A program made the position numbers and the translations under genes. A stretch of 49,601 bases of DNA, filler included, from Brevibacterium luteolum (GTDB lineage: Bacteria > Actinomycetota > Actinomycetes > Actinomycetales > Brevibacteriaceae), in the NCBI RefSeq assembly GCF_013004595.1. It is 7 parts of 7 records of this genome, joined end to end, with 100 filler letters (N's around TTAATTAATTAA, not from the genome) between each part and the next. Parts side by side here need not be neighbours in the genome. Positions count along the whole stretch, not along the records: positions 34,767 to 40,000 come from NZ_JABEMC010000017.1; positions 40,101 to 45,245 come from NZ_JABEMC010000018.1; positions 45,346 to 46,976 come from NZ_JABEMC010000019.1; positions 47,077 to 48,408 come from NZ_JABEMC010000020.1; positions 48,509 to 49,601 come from NZ_JABEMC010000021.1; 2 more parts are not named here. One strand, 5' to 3'. How positions within the stretch are numbered: the first letter of the stretch is position 1; every line of letters starts with the position of its first letter. Below are positions 38,430 to 49,601 of the stretch, piece after piece. The notes beneath the pieces are model-generated. The model did no database searches. It had not been told where the DNA came from and was given only the letters and a program-made list of their open reading frames with translations.

Positions 38430-39844
38430 TCCGTCCTCTCCCCGCAACCGCCTCGGCGCCGGTCGTCAGCCGGCTGGCCGCTGCGGCACTGGCCCTGCTG
38501 CTGGCCTGCGGAATGCACCTCATGACCGGTGCTGCGGAGGCTGCCCCGGCCGAGGCGGCAGCCCGGGTGAGCGTGTCCGGAACCCCGAATCCGGACGGCA
38601 CCTCGACGCTCAAGCTCAGCGGCCGCGGCTTCCAGTCGGTGCAGAACGGCTTCGGCGGGATCTATGTGCTCTTCGGCGTCGTCGACGGCACGTGGCAGCC
38701 GAGCAAGGGCGGCAAGACCGGCACGAATCTGCGCTACGCCTACGACAACGAGTCGAAACCGGAGGGCTTCCAGCTCTTCGTCACCTTCCCAGGCTCCTCG
38801 ACAGCGCATGCCGCCAACGGCGGCACGCTGGCCGCAGACGGCACGTGGAGCGGTGAGATCAAAGTGCCCGGGGCGAAGTTCACCTCCTATGACCGGCAGC
38901 GCAATGCCGTCGACGTCGACTGCACCAAGGAGCAGTGCGGCATCATCACCATCGGCGCCCACGGCGTCGTCAACGCCAACAATGAGACCTTCACCCCCGT
39001 CGAGTTCGCAGCCGGCAGCGGGCAGGCTGATGAGGCCGGTGGCACGCAGCAGGCCGGGCAGGCCGCTGAGCAGACCCAGGCCCGAGCCCCCGGTGAGCAG
39101 ACCGCCCGACCTGGCGGCGGGCAGGCCGGCAGCGGGCAGCCGGTCACCGCGCCTGTGCAGCCGGTGATCGAACCGATCATGGGCCCCGAGCAGGTCGATC
39201 AGCTCAACGCCAACGGCACCCGGCTCGTTCTCCTACTGCTGGCCGCCAGCGCCGTGGCGCTGTGCCTCATCGCCCTCGCGGTGGGTGTTGGAGCCTACCT
39301 GGCGATGAAGGCCCTGCTGCTCGGCGTCAACCCCGAAGCCCTCGAACGGGTGCGGGCACGCCGGGCGAAGCGGGCGATCGCTGCCGAGCACAGACGCAAG
39401 CGGAAGGTCTTCGATTACCGCGCCAAGCAGGAGGCCCGCACCCGCCGCCGGGAGCAGCTGGCCGAGGCGAAGCTCGCCCGCAGCGGCTTCGACCGCGCCG
39501 CGACTCTCGGCATCGACAGCCCGGCCCCAGCCCACACGGCCGATCCTGCCGCCGCACCCGACGGAAGCGCGCAGCACGAGCCGGCACCTGCAGCCGGCCC
39601 GATGCGGTTCTTCGACCTCATCGGCGCGCAGCCCGCCACCAGCCATCGCGCAGACGGGGGACCCCTCCACGGCCACCTGGACGGGGGATCCGCCCAGGGC
39701 CATGCGGGGGTCGGATCCGTGGCCGGCCGCGCGGCTGACACCCCGACCCTCGTGCTCGACCGAGAGAGGCTCACCGCGCCTGCCGGCGCAGTGCCGCCTG
39801 CCGAGACCCGCCCAAGCTCACCGCCAGAAGGAGACCAGAGATGA
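38426..39844 (+). CDS. Membrane-anchored surface protein of the heme locus
   Basis: Signal peptide, extracellular domain with CxxxxC/GAHG, a TM segment and a basic tail; ATGA-coupled on both sides. Confidence 0.75.
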   Translation: MIRPLPATASAPVVSRLAAAALALLLACGMHLMTGAAEAAPAEAAARVSVSGTPNPDGTSTLKLSGRGFQSVQNGFGGIYVLFGVVDGTWQPSKGGKTGTNLRYAYDNESKPEGFQLFVTFPGSSTAHAANGGTLAADGTWSGEIKVPGAKFTSYDRQRNAVDVDCTKEQCGIITIGAHGVVNANNETFTPVEFAAGSGQADEAGGTQQAGQAAEQTQARAPGEQTARPGGGQAGSGQPVTAPVQPVIEPIMGPEQVDQLNANGTRLVLLLLAASAVALCLIALAVGVGAYLAMKALLLGVNPEALERVRARRAKRAIAAEHRRKRKVFDYRAKQEARTRRREQLAEAKLARSGFDRAATLGIDSPAPAHTADPAAAPDGSAQHEPAPAAGPMRFFDLIGAQPATSHRADGGPLHGHLDGGSAQGHAGVGSVAGRAADTPTLVLDRERLTAPAGAVPPAETRPSSPPEGDQR

Positions 39845-40000
39845 TCCGCCGCCTGAGCACAGGACTGGCCGCAGCGACTGCGGCCCTGACACTGACACTC
39901 CTCCCCGCAGCTGCCCCGGTCGCTGCCGCCCCCTCCCAGCACAACCCGCACGAGACACCCGCACAGCCGAGCACCGAGCTCGAGCTCACAGACGCGATCC
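39841..40000 (+). CDS. Secreted protein N-terminus (possibly HtaA-type), cut by the contig end
   Basis: Signal peptide; operon position. Confidence 0.55.
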
Positions 40001-40100
40001 NNNNNNNNNNNNNNNNNNNNNNNNNNNNNNNNNNNNNNNNNNNNTTAATTAATTAANNNNNNNNNNNNNNNNNNNNNNNNNNNNNNNNNNNNNNNNNNNN

Positions 40101-40207
40101 CTTACTCTCCCACACCCTGTCGAGTGCAGTACCATCAGCGCTGGCAGGCTTAGCTTCCGGGTTCGGAATGGGGCCGGGCGTTTCCCTGCCGCTATAGCCG
40201 CCGCAAA
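40101..40207 (-). rRNA. rrf: 5S rRNA (3' end clipped)
   Basis: Minus strand contains CCATTCCGAACCCGGAAGCTAAGCC; ends approximate. Confidence 0.95.
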
Positions 40208-40329
40208 ACCATGTGTGTTGCTGGTTTTGTGGATTTGTGTGTGGACGCGTAGCGATCGTTTTGTTGTGACACGTTTAGTTGTGTGTCTTGTGTTACCCGA
40301 CCCGTAACACACCAAATTGGTGGTGGTTG

Positions 40330-43420
<3,091 letters not shown>

Positions 43421-43789
43421 CACACACACCACAACGGCGTGCACGAGTCGGATAACACAAGAAACACAACAAAAACAAAATCACAACAGAAGAAACACAA
43501 TAGTGTTTCCCCAGATGCTCGCGTCCACTATCCACTTACACAACAACACCCAGACACCCACACCCACCACCAGCAACCACTGGCGCAGCATGCAGGGCCG
43601 GAAACACCAGAAAAACAACCACAACCACAAAGGTCATGGGCCTGTTCTTCCAGGACCCAACAACGTGTTTGCCCCACCACACACACCCATGAAGGCATGT
43701 ACAGCAGGAGGTTCATGTGATGTTCCACCCATGAGCAACCACCACAGACACGTACGGCCTGTGCGTGGCAACACCAATATGTGTTAGCT

Positions 43790-45245
<1,456 letters not shown>

Positions 45246-45345
45246 NNNNNNNNNNNNNNNNNNNNNNNNNNNNNNNNNNNNNNNNNNNNTTAATTAATTA
45301 ANNNNNNNNNNNNNNNNNNNNNNNNNNNNNNNNNNNNNNNNNNNN

Positions 45346-45467
45346 CGGCCAGCACGCTCAGCACTATCCGGGTCTTCTTCTCCGCCGGAATCGAGGGTGG
45401 TCTACCCATGTCTGACTCTCCTTCAGGACCTACATAACGGCCCTGCCACTAAGTCTGACGCGCGACA
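45346..45467 (-). mobile_element. IS-B left end
   Basis: Reverse complement of the sequence starting at 24959. Confidence 0.88.
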
Positions 45468-45714
45468 CGACGAGCCCATAATGCCGTAAGGTCTGCTGGA
45501 ACTTCCGGGAACGAAATTGCGACCCGCGGTCCGAGTGGACCACGCAACCGGCCACGACGCCGGCCCCGCCACGGCGGGCTACAGCATCGTCAATCGCTTC
45601 CACAGCCAGCCGTGATTTCATTCTCGCATCGATGGCATAGCCAACGATCCTATTGCTGAACACATCCTTGACCGCGCACATGTATAGCTTGCCCTCATTG
45701 GTGTGGTGCTCGGT
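45468..45714 (-). pseudogene. IS3 orfB downstream exon, cut by IS-B
   Basis: TEHHTNEGKLYMCAVKDVFSNRIVG...HSDRGSQF; in frame with LWLTDI ending at 33523. Confidence 0.9.
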
Positions 45715-46851
45715 GTAGGGTCGGCCAGCAGCGCCCTGCCAGTCTTTGAACTGGTGGGTTTCTGCTGGCCGCCCTCCGAACCGGACGTGCCCATTCCTGA
45801 GCATCCGGCTCTCCATGTGATCATGCCAAGGCGTTCGTCCATGGTGTGGGAATGCGGGTGCCTCGATACCGGTAGCGGGCCACGGTGACCTGCTGGCATC
45901 GGAAGAACTCGATTCCTTGGTCGCGGATCTGCCAGCCGGGCAGATGCCGACGTACCAGGGTGCGCATGTTCAGTTTCGGGTGTCGTTTCTTCAACCAGCC
46001 GACGATCCGCCAGAAGGCGAAGTGGTCGATGTAGCTGAAGAGGTGTTTCACGACGCCGTGTTGAAAGTATGTGCACCAACCCCGCAATGCCGGGTTTAAC
46101 CGGCGTAGCAGGTCGGCGAGTGTTCGATGAGATGCCCGGCGGGTCAGCGTCCGCACCTTGTCCTTGATGGAAGCCAGGGACTTCCGTGACGGGTAGGTGT
46201 AGATCGCGGTTTTCCCGCCATGACCTCTGATTCGGCGGCGCTGGATGTGCCACCCGAGGAAGTCGAACCCGGTGTCTATGTGCGTGACCATCGTCTTCTC
46301 GACCGACAGGCGTAAACCCATCGGCGCGAGCACTGCAGCGACTTCGTCCCAGAGCGCTTCGGCATCAGCGTGGGTGCCACGGACGAGGACCACGAAGTCG
46401 TCCGCGTAGCGGACCATCTTCATCGTCGCGCCCCCAGCGCGTTGATACTTCGTGCGCGACCATTGCGGTCCGAGCGCATCCCACTTGCGTTGGAAATGCT
46501 CGTCCACCACGGACAGGGCGATATTTGCCAGCAACGGCGACAGAATCCCGCCTTGCGGGGTACCGGTGAACGTGTTCCTGTTCACACCGTCCTCACTGAG
46601 GACTCCCGCTTTCAGGAAACCGCGGGTCAGACGCAATACGCGTTTGTCGGTGATGCGACCGTGGACACGCTGCATGAGCGCGTCGTGGTCGATCTCGTCG
46701 AAACACGCGGTGATGTCCGCTTCAAATACCTCCACGTAGCCACGTGAGGCGTAGTAGTGGATCTCCGCGATCGCGTCCTGCGCCCGACGGTGCGGCCGAA
46801 ACCCATACGAGGACGGCACAAAGTCCGCCTCGAAAATCGGTTCCAGCACCA
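45715..46851 (-). ncRNA. Group II intron, 3' part (rest of DIV, DV, DVI)
   Basis: DV GAGCCGGATGCTCAGGAATGGGCACGTCCGGTTC with AGC triad; DVI hairpin ending CCCTAC. Confidence 0.92.
45821..46849 (-). pseudogene. ltrA: Group II intron RT/maturase, C-terminal part (no endonuclease domain)
   Basis: SYGFRP, GTPQGGILSPLLANI, RYADD, FDFLG, X domain LNPALRGWCTYF. Confidence 0.93.
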
Positions 46852-46976
46852 GGGACTGCTGAAGGTTTGGTTGACTTCACGACTGGACAGATTCCAGGAA
46901 GGATAGAAGTCATGCCCAAGATCTACACAGATGAGTTCAAGCAATCAGCGCTCGATCTCGTCAATGACGGAATGAC
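46852..46976 (+). mobile_element. IS3-A left end
   Basis: GGGACTGCTG end preceded by CCA (TGG duplication on the other strand). Confidence 0.9.
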
Positions 46977-47103
46977 NNNNNNNNNNNNNNNNNNNNNNNN
47001 NNNNNNNNNNNNNNNNNNNNTTAATTAATTAANNNNNNNNNNNNNNNNNNNNNNNNNNNNNNNNNNNNNNNNNNNNTGGATCGCCCTGAGTTCGGTGGAG
47101 AGC

Positions 47104-48039
47104 TCATAGCGGTACGTCAGCCACCTCTGGCCGACTGGTTTCAGTGTAGTAGTGTTCCTCGAACTGCGCTGGAGCGAGGTCTCCGCAGTACGAATGCGGG
47201 CGAGTGTGGTTATACCAATGAACCCATTCCAAAGTCGCGAATTCCACAGCATCACGACCGGTCCACGGGCCCTCGCGCCACACCACCTCTTTCTTATATA
47301 GTTTATTCAGCGCTTCTGCTGCGGCATTATCATAAGAATCTCCAATCGAACCGACCGAGGCTTCTATTCCAGCTTCACGTAGACGCTCTGTATAAGCAAT
47401 GGAAACATACTGGCTCCCCTTGTCCGAATGATGAATTAACTGGTCGATGCTCCTGTTCTTTCGTTTCCTTTCCCATAACGCGTGTTCCAGAGCATCCAGC
47501 GCCAAATCGGTTCGTAGAGTCGTGTCGACTCGCCACCCAACAATCATTCGGGAAAACAGATCCGTGACGAAAGCGACATAGGAGAAACCAGTCCATGTCG
47601 GCACATAGGTGATATCGGCGACCCAGCGAGTATCAGGAGTATCTGCGGTGAAATCCCGCTGGACGAGGTCACCCGGATACGAAGCGGTCTTGGTCTGCCG
47701 TGTCGTAGTCGTCGACCGGGCATTGGACACCCCGGCCAGCCCCAGGGCGCGCATACGGCGTTCGACCGTGCACCTGGCGATCGGCTCGTTCGGGTAGAGC
47801 CGGCGCAGCATCACCCACACTTTCCGTGCTCCGAACAATCCACGATTGTCAGAATGCACTTTCCGAATCCGATCATCCCATTTCGCGTCAGCTTGTTTCC
47901 GGGCTGAGGCCGGTCTCGTCTTTCTCGCGTAATACGAGCTCGCAGCGACCTGTACACCTGTCTGAGACAGTGTTCGACAGATCGGCTCGACTCCGAACTC
48001 ATGGCGATGATCATCGATGAAACCATCGATATCTGTCAG
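47104..48039 (-). CDS. IS3 OrfB (no canonical start; likely reached by -1 frameshift)
   Basis: Frame open from LTDIDGFIDDHRHEFGVEPICR through WVADITY, HHSDKGSQY, DNAAAE. Confidence 0.85.
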   Translation of the reverse strand: MTDIDGFIDDHRHEFGVEPICRTLSQTGVQVAASSYYARKTRPASARKQADAKWDDRIRKVHSDNRGLFGARKVWVMLRRLYPNEPIARCTVERRMRALGLAGVSNARSTTTTRQTKTASYPGDLVQRDFTADTPDTRWVADITYVPTWTGFSYVAFVTDLFSRMIVGWRVDTTLRTDLALDALEHALWERKRKNRSIDQLIHHSDKGSQYVSIAYTERLREAGIEASVGSIGDSYDNAAAEALNKLYKKEVVWREGPWTGRDAVEFATLEWVHWYNHTRPHSYCGDLAPAQFEEHYYTETSRPEVADVPL

Positions 48040-48356
48040 CGGCGGTCGAGCTCCGCCTGGGCAAAATACGCACTCGCTTTCCGCAGGATCTCATTAGCCC
48101 GGCGCAGTTCTCGAACTTCCTTTTCCAAGTCCGTGATGCGTTGTTTGTCATCGCTCGTCATTCCTGGCGCTTTACCGGAATCCACATGGTTTTGCTTCAC
48201 CCAATTACGGAGGGTGTTCTTGTTGATTCCGACCTGTTCACCGACCAGCCGGCACGCGGCACTCACAGCCAGTGCGGGTTCGCAGGCCAGCTTCTCGTTG
48301 ACCATACGCACAGCACGGTCACGGACTTCTGCAGGGTACTTACTCGGTGCGGGCAT
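48036..48356 (-). CDS. IS3 OrfA
   Basis: MPAPSKYPAEVRDRAVRM...ANEILRKASAYF. Confidence 0.9.
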   Translation of the reverse strand: MPAPSKYPAEVRDRAVRMVNEKLACEPALAVSAACRLVGEQVGINKNTLRNWVKQNHVDSGKAPGMTSDDKQRITDLEKEVRELRRANEILRKASAYFAQAELDRR

Positions 48357-48508
48357 GTTCCTATCCTCTCGGTTAGATCAAACCCTCCACCAGACCCGGG
48401 GCGATCCANNNNNNNNNNNNNNNNNNNNNNNNNNNNNNNNNNNNNNNNNNNNTTAATTAATTAANNNNNNNNNNNNNNNNNNNNNNNNNNNNNNNNNNNN
48501 NNNNNNNN

Positions 48509-49601
48509 TGTACTTCCTCGGGAGGTTGTGATCGGGATTTGAGGTGAAAGAAGACCTCCGATATCGAAGTGGGTAACCACACTCACTCGAACCGGAGGTC
48601 TTCCATGACTCACCGTAATGCACCGATGACCGTCGAGGGTAGGCGCCGGATGGTCGCCCTGGTTGTTGAGGCCGGCTGGTCCCAGCGCCGCGTGGCCGAA
48701 CGGTTCCAGGTCTCCCCGGCCACCGTGTCCCGCTGGGTGCGCCGCCACCGATCCGGGGCCGGGCTGCAGGATCGCTCCAGCCGTCCGCACCGCAGCCCGC
48801 ACCGGCTGGCGCAGCGCACCGAACGGCGGATCATCGCCATGCGGTTCACCAAGCGGTGGGGTCCGCACCGCATCGGCTACCACCTGGGCATCCCGCGGTC
48901 GACGGTGGGACGGGTGCTGGCCCGCTACCGGATGCCGAAGCTGGAGTGCATCGATCAGGCCACCGGGCTGCCGGTGCGGCGACCACAACCGCACCGCTAC
49001 GAGGTCGATGCTCCCGGGCAGCTGGTCCACGTCGACGTCAAGAAGCTGGGCCGGATCCCCGACGGCGGCGGCTGGCGGGCTCACGGCCGCGGTTCAGTCC
49101 AGGACCTGCGGGCGCAGTCGGCCCGCACCAAGGCGGCCCGCGCGAAGGCGTCCCCATCACGCGGGTATCGGTACCTGCACCACGCCGTCGATGACCACTC
49201 CCGGCTGGTGTACTCCGAGATCCTCGACGACGAGAAGAAACACACCGCCGCCGGCTTCTGGAACCGGGCGAACGCCTTCTTCGACACCATCGGCGTCACC
49301 GTGGAGGCGGTGATGACCGACAACGGGTCCTGCTACCGGTCCGGCGACTTCAGACAAGCTCTCGGCCCAGACATCAAGCATAAGCGCACCAGACCTCGCC
49401 GGCCGCAGACGAACGGGAAAGCCGAGCGGTTCAACCGGACCCTGATGGTCGAATGGGCCTACGCCAGGCCCTACTCCAGTGAAGCCGAGCGGGAAGCCGC
49501 CTACGAGACGTTCCTCCACGACTACAATCAGCATCGAGCCCACACCGCTATCGGAGGCCTCACCCCAGCCGACCGCGTTCACAACCTCACGGGGAACTAC
49601 A
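48509..49601 (+). mobile_element. Complete IS481-family element (1093 bp, whole contig)
   Basis: TGTACTTCCTCGGGAGGTTGTGA...TCACAACCTCACGGGGAACTACA. Confidence 0.93.
48605..49601 (+). CDS. IS481 transposase (no stop inside the element; absent from the ORF track)
   Basis: My translation: MTHRNAP...HVDVKKLGRIP...DDHSR...TDNG...PQTNGKAERFNR...HNLTGNY. Confidence 0.9.
   Translation, partial: MTHRNAPMTVEGRRRMVALVVEAGWSQRRVAERFQVSPATVSRWVRRHRSGAGLQDRSSRPHRSPHRLAQRTERRIIAMRFTKRWGPHRIGYHLGIPRSTVGRVLARYRMPKLECIDQATGLPVRRPQPHRYEVDAPGQLVHVDVKKLGRIPDGGGWRAHGRGSVQDLRAQSARTKAARAKASPSRGYRYLHHAVDDHSRLVYSEILDDEKKHTAAGFWNRANAFFDTIGVTVEAVMTDNGSCYRSGDFRQALGPDIKHKRTRPRRPQTNGKAERFNRTLMVEWAYARPYSSEAEREAAYETFLHDYNQHRAHTAIGGLTPADRVHNLTGNY

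Larger units (their letters stand above)
47077..48408 (-). mobile_element. Complete IS3-family element (1332 bp, whole contig)
   Basis: IRs TGGATCGCCC at both ends; visibly more AT-rich than the rest of the window. Confidence 0.93.

Noticed and set aside
45821..46849. RT as a retron, DGR or defence RT
   Set aside because: RT0 and X domains plus DV/DVI and in-frame exons identify a group II intron.

Overview
High-GC actinobacterial draft sequence; the 16S looks Brevibacterium-like by eye only. It is seven contigs joined by artificial N/TTAATTAATTAA spacers in decreasing length order (1-25339, 25440-34666, 34767-40000, 40101-45245, 45346-46976, 47077-48408, 48509-49601), so adjacency across gaps has no biological meaning. 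Contig 1 holds a decayed mobile backbone (MobF relaxase, C5 DNA methyltransferase, UvrA-like ATPase). Its relaxase is split at a TA dinucleotide by a 16.1-kb large-serine-recombinase element carrying its own MobF relaxase, an ECF-sigma/ABC envelope-defence module, AraC, and TetR+MFS. Contig 2 has IS256, an ABC/YhgE-Pip pair, an IS3, and an IS481-like right end and left end separated by 16 bp that match a tRNA-Ala 3' end. It then continues into a nest of IS481-like < IS3 < group II intron < IS3, whose other half is contig 5. The remaining contigs hold an hmuTUV-like heme-uptake locus, an rRNA operon and two IS elements. The best candidates for undescribed biology are the relaxase-targeting integrative element and the apparently tRNA-Ala-targeting IS481-like transposon.
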